64,000 bases of DNA from sequence record LR756502.1. One strand, given 5' to 3'. Of this stretch, positions 37,493-48,288 are shown one piece after another (within the stretch, counting starts at the first letter, position 1; each line of letters starts with the position of its first letter). A program made the position numbers and the translations under genes. The notes beneath the pieces were generated by a model, which ran no database searches, was not told the origin of the DNA, and saw only the letters and a program-made list of their open reading frames with translations.

Positions 37493-38197
37493 TTATTTAT
37501 CTTCTGAATTATTTCTAGCTCGATTAACTGTTGATCTTAAATTATTTCTATTAACATTAGTATTAATATCACTCGAAGGTTTTACTTGGTACATTTTTTC
37601 AAGATACATATAGATATACTTTCTATATCTTTTAATTGTCTTCTCATCACAATTATCTTTTATATCATTCCATACTTGTCTGAATTGACCAGGTGTTTTG
37701 CCTTTATCTAATTCTTTGAATGCGATATTTATATCATCACAAATCCTAAATAGGTCATTAGCTATTGTCCAAGAATAAGCCATAACTTCCTCTTTATTTG
37801 AAAGATATTCCTTTCTAATAGTAGGATTTGGGAGTACATAATTAGTCTTCATTCTTTTTGCTTGAGAAGCATGCACTTTTTCGTGCCCAATTATATCATC
37901 AACAATCTCTTTGAAATTTGGAATCATTTGTATTATTTTTTTAACACAGATAACGAACATAGGCTTTTTCCTTACTGGATTAAATAATGCAAAGAAAGGA
38001 ACCTTTCCATTATTAGGAGGAGCAGTTTTTTTATCAACATCATTTAGAGAATCATAGAACTCATCATATTCAACAACATCAAATCCATTTTTCTCACCAT
38101 ATTTAACAAGACCTTTGAAGTCTCTAAAGTCTCCTTCATTAATACCATTTGGCATTATAACCGCCTCAAATAAGTTAAATTTCTTTAGATGTTTCAT
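37493..38197 (-). CDS. putative internal head protein, possible zincin-like motif
   Basis: N-terminus MKHLKKFNLFE; HEKVH...EEVMAY resembles HExxH...E. Confidence 0.55.
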   Translation of the reverse strand: MKHLKKFNLFEAVIMPNGINEGDFRDFKGLVKYGEKNGFDVVEYDEFYDSLNDVDKKTAPPNNGKVPFFALFNPVRKKPMFVICVKKIIQMIPNFKEIVDDIIGHEKVHASQAKRMKTNYVLPNPTIRKEYLSNKEEVMAYSWTIANDLFRICDDINIAFKELDKGKTPGQFRQVWNDIKDNCDEKTIKRYRKYIYMYLEKMYQVKPSSDINTNVNRNNLRSTVNRARNNSEDK

Positions 38198-38212
38198 ATA
38201 GTATATATATAA

Positions 38213-38244
38213 ATAAAAAAAACCTCGGATTTCTCCGAGGTTTT
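38213..38244 (-). terminator. intrinsic terminator for the bS1-like gene
   Basis: AACCTCGGA-GAAA-TCCGAGGTT followed by a T-tract on the - strand. Confidence 0.85.
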
Positions 38245-38264
38245 AATTTTTAACCAATTTAATA

Positions 38265-39341
38265 TTAAGCGATAGTTAAGAAGATTTTGCGATTCGCTCT
38301 ATCAACTGATAATACTTTCACTTTTTGTTCCTGACCAGGAGTGAATTTCTTACCAAGTTTCTCCATTTCTGAAGTGTGAATCAAACCAACAGTTTCATCA
38401 TCTAGATTAACTAGAGTTCCGAATTGTTTGGTATCTCTTATTTTACCATCTAGAACTTGACCATTTTTAATGTTATCCCAAAGTGTTTCTCTAAGAATTT
38501 GAGTAAGGATAATTTTATCCTTAATTACCTCCTTAATGTAAAACTCGATTACAAATCCCGGTGAGATTGATGTAAGTTTGTCTTGCCATTCTGGGTTAAC
38601 ATTTGCTTTGTGAATCATCCCTGTTAAACATTCGCTGAATTCAACAAATACACCAAATGGTGTTGTTCCTGTTACATGTCCACTATAAACATCACCATAG
38701 GTTAATTTCTTAATTGCTGATGGGATTAGTGTTTTTAGATACTTACGTCTACTTACGATGTAAGTCCCTTCTTCTTGTGAGAAGGATTCGATCATTACCT
38801 CAAATGTCTTGTTGACAATTGATGATGGATCATGTAGTTTATTAATACCAGCTAGTGTGTTTGGCATAAACCCTGGAAGAGTTACACCATCATGTAATAT
38901 GTCTATATCAAATCCTGCAGGATTTAACGATCTAACATATGCCATAACTGGTTGGTTTAGGTCGATAGTTTGACGAGCTTTACTTTCGTAAAGTGTGCTA
39001 ACACTACCTTTAATCATGTAATTGTCATTATCAACATCAGAGATTATTACATCTATAATGTCACCAATAACAGTGTTCTTGAGGTATCGAGCCTCACTTT
39101 GTTTGACGTCAATTCTGACATCATCCTTGTATCCACTTACATGAAGTAAATACTGATCTCCTTGTATACCCATGAATTTAGCTGTTACAACAGCGCCTTT
39201 TTCAGGAGCCTGTACATCATCTAATTTGTAAAGTTTTAGGATTTCTTCTTTTTCTTTCGCTGATTTGCCGTTCTTATCATATTCATCAAATAAGTAAGCT
39301 AATTCATCGTTTGCGTAAACTGTTGTGTTGTTCATATTCAT
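38265..39341 (-). CDS. rpsA: ribosomal protein bS1-like (four S1 domains)
   Basis: Repeated S1 motifs: G.V.G.VTGTTPFGVFVEF...GMIH; GKIRDTKQFGTLVNL...GLIHTSE; YIVSRRKYL; RKIFLT. Confidence 0.85.
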   Translation of the reverse strand: MNMNNTTVYANDELAYLFDEYDKNGKSAKEKEEILKLYKLDDVQAPEKGAVVTAKFMGIQGDQYLLHVSGYKDDVRIDVKQSEARYLKNTVIGDIIDVIISDVDNDNYMIKGSVSTLYESKARQTIDLNQPVMAYVRSLNPAGFDIDILHDGVTLPGFMPNTLAGINKLHDPSSIVNKTFEVMIESFSQEEGTYIVSRRKYLKTLIPSAIKKLTYGDVYSGHVTGTTPFGVFVEFSECLTGMIHKANVNPEWQDKLTSISPGFVIEFYIKEVIKDKIILTQILRETLWDNIKNGQVLDGKIRDTKQFGTLVNLDDETVGLIHTSEMEKLGKKFTPGQEQKVKVLSVDRANRKIFLTIA

Positions 39342-39393
39342 ATTTTTAGAAGTTACAAGATGTTATAAGGTAAAATAAATTAAAGTTTTAAGG

Positions 39394-39810
39394 TTATTGA
39401 AAATTATTTAGTCTTTGTATTCCATTTCTAGTCATGTAATCTCTTATCCTAGCAGCGTCCTCAAAGTTTTCACTTTTTATACATCCATCTAGTTTAATAT
39501 TTAGATCCTTTGTTAACTCTTCCATTGATGAGTCTTTTGATAATTTTGCCTCCTCAACAATAGAATTGTAGAAATCGTTCATTTGACTTATATCAATGAA
39601 ATGTATAGGTACTATATTTGGATTCTCATCAAGTTCATCCTCTTTGGATATGTCTTTTAGCTTATCACTATCTAATATTTTCTTTATAAACTTTTGATCA
39701 AAAGCTGAATTATCTGTTAGATACTTAGCTAGATGATATGGTCTATTCTTAAACATTTTAAGTAGAATAACTAGGTTTCGATATAGTTGATCTTTATCTT
39801 CTTGACTCAT
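39394..39810 (-). CDS. protein with a C-terminal UVR motif
   Basis: CIKSENFEDAARIRD; start at MSQED (39810) follows a TATATA element. Confidence 0.65.
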   Translation of the reverse strand: MSQEDKDQLYRNLVILLKMFKNRPYHLAKYLTDNSAFDQKFIKKILDSDKLKDISKEDELDENPNIVPIHFIDISQMNDFYNSIVEEAKLSKDSSMEELTKDLNIKLDGCIKSENFEDAARIRDYMTRNGIQRLNNFQ

Positions 39811-39841
39811 AAAGAATATATAATTTATTTGACTAAATGTT

Positions 39842-40531
39842 TTAAATCTTTTCAAAAATCAAGTTGAAAAAATATTCAAATGAATACTGGTCACTTGGTT
39901 TCTCTTGTGAGAACATGACCTTTATGGATGTTTCATCATATGCTGTTTCTGTTTGAACTTTTTTCAAAATATTCTCAGCTTTTATTGCATTTGAATTCCA
40001 AACATTACTATACCTTAGTACATTTTGGTCTTTAATATCTTTATACTCAACGTATAGTTCAATAGTTTTGTATTTATATCTATTCATTATATTGCTTTTT
40101 ATATAATCCTTTATTGCAAAGTCAATATCGTTATATATCGTCATATTATTCTTCACACCCTCGAATGTTCTATACTGTTTGAGTATTGCGAATAAATAGT
40201 TGAATAATATATTCTCAAGATTTATATCCATTATCCATTTAGTATTCGTATTTAATTGATAAGATGATTGTGAATCATCTTTTAATAGTGTGTGATTTAG
40301 TAATTTATCATCAGATGAGATATACACAATAGATGGTAGACTGCTCTCAACCGATACATCCAATTGTTCCTTTTCTAGTGTTTGGTAATACAGAATACTT
40401 TGATTTGATATTGATATTGAATCTTCTATATCAAGCATCTTGGATCCAAAAAATGAACTTTGTTCCAACATGTTATATGTTCCATAAACCTTTTCGTATT
40501 TAAATTCCGGACTTATATATGTTCTTCTCAT
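39842..40531 (-). CDS. putative structural protein
   Basis: 229 aa, end of the structural operon. Confidence 0.5.
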   Translation of the reverse strand: MRRTYISPEFKYEKVYGTYNMLEQSSFFGSKMLDIEDSISISNQSILYYQTLEKEQLDVSVESSLPSIVYISSDDKLLNHTLLKDDSQSSYQLNTNTKWIMDINLENILFNYLFAILKQYRTFEGVKNNMTIYNDIDFAIKDYIKSNIMNRYKYKTIELYVEYKDIKDQNVLRYSNVWNSNAIKAENILKKVQTETAYDETSIKVMFSQEKPSDQYSFEYFFNLIFEKI

Positions 40532-43500
40532 AGACTTAGGTTTGTATTTGTATTTATTATTTGCGGCACGCTTCTATCTGTACTGCCATTATTAACACTA
40601 TTATTTGTATTTAAAATATCAACCTTATTACATTCAATATGATATTCGTAGTCCCAAGTAGACTTAAATATAAAGAAATCTGTGTAAGTGTATCCAAATT
40701 CATCAATCATCGGGTACATAGACTTATAGCTGTTATTATCTCTTAGCTTTAATACATTACCATTTCTATTAACTTTTGATATAACTCTCTGTTTAATTAC
40801 TCCAAAGTTGTTATATGATGTATCAAATTTATAATTACCTATTGGGGATGATGTTAATCCTGGTTTTGTGAATAATTCAACATTATAAAATAAAGGCATG
40901 TAATAACCACTGTGTCTATATATCTGATTCTCTGTTATATTAGTCATGCCATGGTATGTTGTTACAACATTCGAGTCATCTTTATCAAACGATATATCAA
41001 CTCCAAATGGAATATCATTATAATAGTTTAGACTAGATGTGTTAATTATTTTACCATCTCTAAGCATGTTAACTACTTTTAGTATATTCTTACCAACTGA
41101 TATTGGATTATATTTTATGGATTTTATCTTAGTAAATAGCTCATCTGGTGTCTCACAAAATAACATATACTTAAGATCTGATATATTATCAATATTATAA
41201 GTAGTTGCTACTCCACTCTCATCTATTACTACATAATTAAGGTAATCTGAGAATCCAAATTTATTCGAAACGTCATTTATACAATGAATAAAGTTATTAG
41301 CAGTTAGCTTTTTATTCAAATCTGAATATAATAAATCCCTATCAGCTCCTGATAAATATGGTGTTGTGTTGTCATTTATAAATATATTTATAAATATATT
41401 CTTCCACTTCTTATTTATGTATATGTTAATACCATTTTCTAATGTAGATCCAATATCATTTGACTCTATCATATAAATCTTATTATTAATTCCAACAAAT
41501 GGGTTAGAACCTGTTGCATAAACATAACTTGTATCTTGACTTATACTATAAACTCTTACCCATCCAGATGATATGCCTGGCTCATCACCTGTTGATCCAT
41601 CACCATAGTATACTATGTTGTTATGTATAACATATTGAACTGTGTATGTAATGCTAGGATTCCAAAGATCAATTGGTAACCACTTAGGTGTGTTTGATTC
41701 AGATGGTTCCCAATAGTTTTGCCATGTTGATGTTCCTCTGAATTGAATTCCTATATTTGGTGGAAATATATTACTTGATACATTTGATGTATAATATTCT
41801 CCTTTGAAAAACACCATATCTCCATTTGAATAGGTTATATTTGGATTCCAAAAAGAATTTGTTGACCCTGAATCATAGCAGTAGTAATATTCACTGTTAT
41901 TATATACAACATCTGTTAGTGTGGTGTATAATGTATCATAATTTGGATTCCAAAATGGAGTACCACTGTTTGATGTATTTACAATGCCATAAGAATATGT
42001 ATATGTCATCCAATTTTGATCATTATATGGTGCTGACTTTACTTGAACTCCAGATACTGTAACAACCGGTACATCTATTAAAGAGTCTTGTGTAGCTTTA
42101 TATAATATGTCGTCTAGAAGAACAACAGATCCACTTGCGTATGTTTTATCCATTTCCCAATTCTCAATTATATCCCATTGCATTGTATTTACTGTTGTCA
42201 AGCTCATATTTGTTATACAAATAGTTCCTGAACAATTTGCAATTAGAGCGACATCAGCACCTATAGAATCAACTAGTGTTACAATTGTACTTGATCCATA
42301 TGGTGTTACTGTTCCAATAAGTATTGGGTATATGGTCCCGTCAGGAAATTTACATGCTGATGTTATTTCTGCTATATCACCAACATGAATATCATCTGTA
42401 CTAGAAAAATAAATAGTGAAGTTAATAAAAATTTTACCAGGACTTAATGTTTCAAATGAGTAACAAGTGGTTGGTGTTATGTGTGATTTGTTATCTGATA
42501 GCAGTATTGAGAATTTATAGTCTTCAAATGCATTAGAATTCTTAAGGTTTATATTATCTATAACCCCTTGATTAACTTTTATAGTCTCAACATCATATAT
42601 TCTAAATTTTAGACCTCTGAATACTGTAGTATTTGGTATAATATTATCCCCGATATTTAAAAGAGAATACTTTCTAACTCCTTTTGTAATTGACCCATTA
42701 TCAAATGTAGTTTTTCTATCAAAGAAATATGAAAAATAGTCAAAACTATATGTTCCGCCTGAATATGTCCCAGTATTTAGATACTTATCAAACTCAAAGC
42801 TAAACGCATTATCTGGTACACCACCTGTATTATTCTCAACATGTAGCGTATGGTGTATATATGATGTAGTTCCAGCATTTATTGTATAAAAATAATCTAG
42901 ATTTCTTTCTATTCTTTTAGGATCTGGATCAAATGGATTAACTGATCTATTGAAATCCTCAAATAGAACTGAGTTATTCATTAGATATGGATAATCATTA
43001 GCTGATAAAGAGTCTTGATATACCCATCTACAATATGTAGCATTTTTTCTCCATAGTTCAGTAAGTCCCTTATCAACTATTCTAAATGTTTCATAGTCCG
43101 CAGTATATTCAGAAGATACTGGAATATTAACCACTTTGTCCTTGTAGTTATAATCATTCAAATCTTTTGGATTTGAATTGCTTCTAAGATCAACAGTGTA
43201 CATTTTTGTTTCATCCGTAACCGTTAGATCTTCTTTGTTCTCATATTCAAATTTAGAATATTCGGTATCTACTATACTTGTATCAAAATCCTTAATATCA
43301 GTTAGCTCTAGTCTATAGATTTTAAAATTCTTTGGTGGATTGTTAGAATCAATTACTAAACTAACAGTCTTGCTATAAGATGAATCTGATTCATTTACCC
43401 AATATATGTATCTATCTACTGGAAACTTAAATGCGTAGTCGGTATATACCTTTAGTTTTGTGCCATCCTTAACCAATTTATGGTATACTCCATCAATTTC

Positions 43501-44754
43501 AATTATCCAAATATCGGCTGACTCGAATCCATCAATTTGATAGTCGGATCCATCTAGCTTAACTAATGAGTTTGACTCATTTATGTATACTATTTTATTG
43601 TTTAATAGAGATTCTTTACCTGTTAAGTCAATATCTGATATAATTCTATATTTCGTTACTTCTAATTGAACTGGCTCGTCAATAATAACAAGTGAGTTAG
43701 AGATTCTTGATGCCCCAATTGTTGTTGGTTGTGTTTCAGTAAACTTTTCTACTTTATAAAGATTGCCTCCATACTCAACATAGTAAACCAAAGCATCTTT
43801 CCAATCTTCAACAAATGGATTTCCTGATACTGATGATATTACATTACCTGTTGATATAGATATGTCGCTTTTTAACTCATGTAGGACATGTGGCGTTACT
43901 GCGTCATACAACTCCATATCATCTATATAGAATCCAAAGTATCTATTTATACTCCATTTTCTAAGTGATATTGGTGTTGCTGGTGTGTCATCAAAAAGAA
44001 ATGATAAGTTTAATATACTTGGAAATACGACCTTATTATTTCTATATCCATCAAATACAAACTTATCAAGATCAAATAGTGGATTTCCCTTTTCCAAAGT
44101 TTCATCTAAGAAAAATGACTTATATGTATATCCTCCAGTATCATAATTAATTCCATTCCATTTGGAAAACTCTAGCCTTTTGTAGTCTAGTTCAAATGGT
44201 GTTGCTGGGAAGTTTTTATTTGATATGAAGTTATTATCCATCCACTCACCTATTGGTGTTTTCTTGGATAGGTCAAAAAATTTAACACACTTGAATTTGT
44301 CTAGAATTTCCATTCTAAAATTATCCTTTGACATAGATAGTAGACCGGGTCCATCCACTCTAAATACAATAAACCCACTAGGTATTCCTGACTTACTAAC
44401 ATATAATGGTGCAAAACATTCAAACTCCTCAACATAGTTTTTATTATCTATGATATTTCTAGCACCCATTTGATATAAGTCATCATACTGCTTAGAAAAT
44501 TTATTTGACATATTGTCATTATCATTATCATACTTTATAGTAAATGCTGTGTCGGTTGGTAGTCCATTATAAAAGTAAGGAACCAACTCATCAAAAAAGT
44601 TATCTTTGTTGAATGGTGATTTTTTATACTTTGATGATGCCAACTCTGGAGCAGAGTCAATACTCTCCAAATACATTCCGTATTTAGAATCAACCATAAT
44701 TTTTAGGTTTGTAGTTAATCCTGTATTGGTTCTTAGTAATGAAAAGCTTTTCAT
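40528..44754 (-). CDS. large putative virion structural protein
   Basis: 1408 aa; carbohydrate-binding-like repeats (WNPNITYSNGDMV, WNPSITY..V.HNNIVY). Confidence 0.6.
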   Translation of the reverse strand: MKSFSLLRTNTGLTTNLKIMVDSKYGMYLESIDSAPELASSKYKKSPFNKDNFFDELVPYFYNGLPTDTAFTIKYDNDNDNMSNKFSKQYDDLYQMGARNIIDNKNYVEEFECFAPLYVSKSGIPSGFIVFRVDGPGLLSMSKDNFRMEILDKFKCVKFFDLSKKTPIGEWMDNNFISNKNFPATPFELDYKRLEFSKWNGINYDTGGYTYKSFFLDETLEKGNPLFDLDKFVFDGYRNNKVVFPSILNLSFLFDDTPATPISLRKWSINRYFGFYIDDMELYDAVTPHVLHELKSDISISTGNVISSVSGNPFVEDWKDALVYYVEYGGNLYKVEKFTETQPTTIGASRISNSLVIIDEPVQLEVTKYRIISDIDLTGKESLLNNKIVYINESNSLVKLDGSDYQIDGFESADIWIIEIDGVYHKLVKDGTKLKVYTDYAFKFPVDRYIYWVNESDSSYSKTVSLVIDSNNPPKNFKIYRLELTDIKDFDTSIVDTEYSKFEYENKEDLTVTDETKMYTVDLRSNSNPKDLNDYNYKDKVVNIPVSSEYTADYETFRIVDKGLTELWRKNATYCRWVYQDSLSANDYPYLMNNSVLFEDFNRSVNPFDPDPKRIERNLDYFYTINAGTTSYIHHTLHVENNTGGVPDNAFSFEFDKYLNTGTYSGGTYSFDYFSYFFDRKTTFDNGSITKGVRKYSLLNIGDNIIPNTTVFRGLKFRIYDVETIKVNQGVIDNINLKNSNAFEDYKFSILLSDNKSHITPTTCYSFETLSPGKIFINFTIYFSSTDDIHVGDIAEITSACKFPDGTIYPILIGTVTPYGSSTIVTLVDSIGADVALIANCSGTICITNMSLTTVNTMQWDIIENWEMDKTYASGSVVLLDDILYKATQDSLIDVPVVTVSGVQVKSAPYNDQNWMTYTYSYGIVNTSNSGTPFWNPNYDTLYTTLTDVVYNNSEYYYCYDSGSTNSFWNPNITYSNGDMVFFKGEYYTSNVSSNIFPPNIGIQFRGTSTWQNYWEPSESNTPKWLPIDLWNPSITYTVQYVIHNNIVYYGDGSTGDEPGISSGWVRVYSISQDTSYVYATGSNPFVGINNKIYMIESNDIGSTLENGINIYINKKWKNIFINIFINDNTTPYLSGADRDLLYSDLNKKLTANNFIHCINDVSNKFGFSDYLNYVVIDESGVATTYNIDNISDLKYMLFCETPDELFTKIKSIKYNPISVGKNILKVVNMLRDGKIINTSSLNYYNDIPFGVDISFDKDDSNVVTTYHGMTNITENQIYRHSGYYMPLFYNVELFTKPGLTSSPIGNYKFDTSYNNFGVIKQRVISKVNRNGNVLKLRDNNSYKSMYPMIDEFGYTYTDFFIFKSTWDYEYHIECNKVDILNTNNSVNNGSTDRSVPQIINTNTNLSL

Positions 44755-44756
44755 AA

Positions 44757-47700
44757 TTATCTAACAGATGTATTTATTGCTTGTACGTTCTTTTTAAGAA
44801 TTACCTTATTTCTATTAATATTAAACTTTATAGTAAATGTGAATGGTCTATTCTCAGCCTCATTTTCTAAGAAGAACTTTAGCTTTTTAATATGCTTAAC
44901 TGTTTGTGTTGTTCCATTCAGGTTAATATATTGATAGTTAAGACCAGTTTGATTTATATCAAGTGCGTTCATCTTAAAGTAAATATTTATAGGTATAATA
45001 ATAGCATTTTTCTCACCACCATTTACAGTTCTAATTTTATCGGTGTTATTCTCGACAATTTTTTCTAACTCCTGAACAATTGGGTGTATAGTTGTTAGAA
45101 GCTTTGTTGTAGAAGCAACACTTACTGTAGAATCAACCCATTTTGATGGGTCAAGTAGTGAAGTATTATTTCCAACAAATGAAAGTATTGATGTTTCATT
45201 GTATCCAACATTATATTCTGTTGATGAAAGTACATCAGTAATTGAGTTTTTATTATCAGTTACAAATAAATTTCCAATATTTTCCGATAGCTTAACAACA
45301 GTTGATTGGTTAATTGTGTCGTAGTTAACATTCCAAATGAATTGGTTGTCCAACTGAGACCTTGTTTGTCCACTTGTTGATGATGACATCATCTCATCTT
45401 GGTCATTTACCCAAAATGTCTGAGGTGCACTTGTGCTATAAACATCAGAATTATTTAAGTATGTTCTACCAGATAGTAATCCAAGTGGTGATTCAACTGC
45501 TTTATTTCTAACTTTTAATACAAAGTCTTTAATTACATATATGTTATTTGTGAAAACTCGACCGGTAGGAACTCCAGTTCCTGTGAATTGATCTAAGTAA
45601 TCCTCACATTCAACATTAAATACTTGTTCAGAATTATTACTTATAACAAACTCTTGGTTATTTCTAAGAAGTATAACCTCAAGTTCACCTTTAGCTCTTT
45701 TGATTTTCTCTTCTAATGCAACTATTCTATTTGTTAGACTAGTAAGATAATCAAATAAATCAAGAGCAACTCCATTCGCATCCTTGAATCCTGATAGTAT
45801 CTTATTAGCATCATGATGAATTGTCTTGTTATTTATGACTGTTGTATCTGATAAGTGGTCATCTAACCCCTTAGCTGATAAATCATTATTCATTCTAACT
45901 CTTAAGTCTTCTTTATTAGCTTCTTGAAGTATGAAATCATTTTCATTTAAAACATTATTAAGATCATCAGGAAACTCAACAGTTAATACCTCAGACCAGT
46001 CTGACTCAACTGCTGATTCTGGCCAACCAACCTCTGATATGGATTTTATTCTCATCTCAATTTTTTCATTGACATTAATAGTAAGATCCACTTGGTTTAT
46101 ATTTGGGGTATCAGCACTCTCTATATCTTCAATTTCCCAAGTATATTCTCCAGTTTGTGGATCATAAGTTCTTTTTCTAGCATCAGTCTTAAATTCGTTC
46201 CAATTTGAGAATGCTCCAGTTTTATCTTGACCATCATTGTTCTTTATTTTGAAGGTTTCAACTGGTGTTTCTCTACCATCTTTGCTAGTATATCTATATT
46301 GTACTCTGAATTGTACAATCTCTTGAGGTGTTGTTCCTCTTGTTATAATAGCCTCCGGCATATTCCAGAATCCTCTAACACTGAACTTTGGATCTACTTT
46401 ACTCATAGGTGATTTAGATAAATCTATTATCTCCTGAGTTGTTGTTGAAAGTAATTTTGATTTACTATCTTTTTTAGTTTGTAGTTCAGTCAGTTCTAAT
46501 TCAAATTGCTTTTTAGCAGCATCAGAAGTGAATTTAGTAACCTTAGATTTCTTATTTCTATCATCTACCGCCTCTGATATCTGTCTTACTTCAGACTGAA
46601 GAGCCTGTTGGAAGTTATGCTTAGTCTTAATTAGGTTAGCATTTGGTGTATCAGTTAAGTGTTTATTTATTTGAACAACTTTGAAGTTGGTTGTATTTAG
46701 TGTAGGAGCTACTGGTGTTCCTGCCAATTTATTTGGCGTTTTCTTAGCGACCAAATCTTGTAGAACTGTTCCATAGTCATAAACAAAGTCAATATAAAAC
46801 TGCTCCATTGTTAGTCCATTTTCAGAAGTATCTGATGTTAATCTTAAGTCATTTGACCAAAATCCAGTACCAAGACTCCAGTTTTTAGCTAGTAAATAGT
46901 TATCGGTATTTAATGGTTTTATAAAAACAACATTTCTTTCATTATACCCAATACTTATTTTAAGTGTTTTGGTGTATATGACTGGTGAGTATATCTTAAG
47001 AACTCCAATACCAACAGGTATTGGATCTAGTCCCTCAACTCTTTCAAGTCTAACTCTAAACGCCGACTCAGCTGTTGATACTTCAATTACCTTATATCTT
47101 GAATTTGTTATGTCCTTATTTATAATAACTTCATCATCTATTGATAATTGTTTAATATCATTAGTTCCAGTAACTAGATAGTCTAATGTATCCATTACAT
47201 ACCAAAGTTTTCTGTTTATTCTATCCTCTTCCATTCTTAGAACACTAAATTGACCATCATATAGTAGGTCATTAGGGTCTAAATCAAATACCTGTTCATC
47301 AAAGTTTGGGTTATTTGGCTCAACTACACCTGGTGTTGCTTTATGCCATCTTTCAAACTCATCTAAGTTTATATCAGTCTTTCCTCTAAATAGCTCATTG
47401 AAGCTATTAAGTGCGGACTGACCAAGTGGTGTATAATTTCCTGCTTGATCCTTCGCAAAGTCAACAATATATCTTCTATTTAAACATTTTCTTACATTAT
47501 TCTCAATTTTACCAGTTAAATCAATGGATATCCAAAGCATTGGGTTTAATAGACCATCAAAAAACCAATTTTTAGTAGATCTGAAAGATGTTACATTATT
47601 TAGTTGTTGTATAGAGTTTGGTTCCTTGTTTAGATCAACTGTTATAATCTTCTTAAACTTATTCTGACTAGACGGTTGTATAAGTGACCCAGGAGCATCT

Positions 47701-47933
47701 ATGCTATATAATGAGTTTATATTATTATTTAGTCTATCAATTTCTGATTTCAAGAAACTAAATGATGGTAGTGAGTATGTTGTCAATACTCCTTGCTCAT
47801 CATACACTTGTACAGTAACCGATGAGTCTTGTGTTGATGTTAGAGAGCTTATCTTAGATAATATTTCAACAAGATTCTTATTGAATGTTAAGACTTGCTC
47901 CGCTACTGTTGGAAATGAACTTTGAATAGGCAT
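44757..47933 (-). CDS. large putative virion structural protein with a coiled coil and an Fn3-like segment
   Basis: 1058 aa; TAATATATA at 47956-47964; N-terminus resembles an internal segment of ORF 518-3244 (..NINSL/..INSLE). Confidence 0.55.
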   Translation of the reverse strand: MPIQSSFPTVAEQVLTFNKNLVEILSKISSLTSTQDSSVTVQVYDEQGVLTTYSLPSFSFLKSEIDRLNNNINSLYSIDAPGSLIQPSSQNKFKKIITVDLNKEPNSIQQLNNVTSFRSTKNWFFDGLLNPMLWISIDLTGKIENNVRKCLNRRYIVDFAKDQAGNYTPLGQSALNSFNELFRGKTDINLDEFERWHKATPGVVEPNNPNFDEQVFDLDPNDLLYDGQFSVLRMEEDRINRKLWYVMDTLDYLVTGTNDIKQLSIDDEVIINKDITNSRYKVIEVSTAESAFRVRLERVEGLDPIPVGIGVLKIYSPVIYTKTLKISIGYNERNVVFIKPLNTDNYLLAKNWSLGTGFWSNDLRLTSDTSENGLTMEQFYIDFVYDYGTVLQDLVAKKTPNKLAGTPVAPTLNTTNFKVVQINKHLTDTPNANLIKTKHNFQQALQSEVRQISEAVDDRNKKSKVTKFTSDAAKKQFELELTELQTKKDSKSKLLSTTTQEIIDLSKSPMSKVDPKFSVRGFWNMPEAIITRGTTPQEIVQFRVQYRYTSKDGRETPVETFKIKNNDGQDKTGAFSNWNEFKTDARKRTYDPQTGEYTWEIEDIESADTPNINQVDLTINVNEKIEMRIKSISEVGWPESAVESDWSEVLTVEFPDDLNNVLNENDFILQEANKEDLRVRMNNDLSAKGLDDHLSDTTVINNKTIHHDANKILSGFKDANGVALDLFDYLTSLTNRIVALEEKIKRAKGELEVILLRNNQEFVISNNSEQVFNVECEDYLDQFTGTGVPTGRVFTNNIYVIKDFVLKVRNKAVESPLGLLSGRTYLNNSDVYSTSAPQTFWVNDQDEMMSSSTSGQTRSQLDNQFIWNVNYDTINQSTVVKLSENIGNLFVTDNKNSITDVLSSTEYNVGYNETSILSFVGNNTSLLDPSKWVDSTVSVASTTKLLTTIHPIVQELEKIVENNTDKIRTVNGGEKNAIIIPINIYFKMNALDINQTGLNYQYINLNGTTQTVKHIKKLKFFLENEAENRPFTFTIKFNINRNKVILKKNVQAINTSVR

Positions 47934-47955
47934 TATTTAGGTCTATTGTTTTTCT

Positions 47956-47964
47956 TATATATTA
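47956..47964 (-). promoter_or_regulatory. TAATATATA element
   Basis: Exact motif heading the 39842-47933 structural operon. Confidence 0.6.
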
Positions 47965-48019
47965 AAATATTCTTATTTCTTTAGACTTGTTTTTTCATTT
48001 TATTTTTGTATTTTTGTAT

Positions 48020-48268
48020 ATGGATAAATTACACATATATAAAGTAACACATATGCATGGTGGATGGGTTACTGACGGATACCCTAATGAGGAGGTTATT
48101 ACTTTTTCAAAGGATGAGGCTATTAATATTGCATTATTTAATAACCCTTCTTGGGATAGAAGAAACACATCTGCATCCGAATTCATTATAAAGGGTTATG
48201 TTATTGAGGTGTATGATGAAAAGTCATATAATCGAGATAAAAATATAGAAAAGCTTGATATTAAATAA
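48020..48268 (+). CDS. hypothetical protein with a C-terminal RxxKI-like motif
   Basis: Ends RDKNIEKLDIK. Confidence 0.55.
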   Translation: MDKLHIYKVTHMHGGWVTDGYPNEEVITFSKDEAINIALFNNPSWDRRNTSASEFIIKGYVIEVYDEKSYNRDKNIEKLDIK

Positions 48269-48284
48269 ATTATCCTTATATTTG
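48254..48284 (+). promoter_or_regulatory. Bacteroidota housekeeping-sigma promoter
   Basis: CTTG, 19-nt spacer, TATATTTG 48277-48284; ATG 4 nt downstream. Confidence 0.7.
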
Positions 48285-48288
48285 TAAT

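Noticed and set aside
39810-39855. MKRFKTFSQIN as another capsid-targeting N-terminus
   Set aside because: No Glu at the cleavage position; it overlaps the upstream gene, and a TATATA element points to the downstream ATG (39810) as the true start
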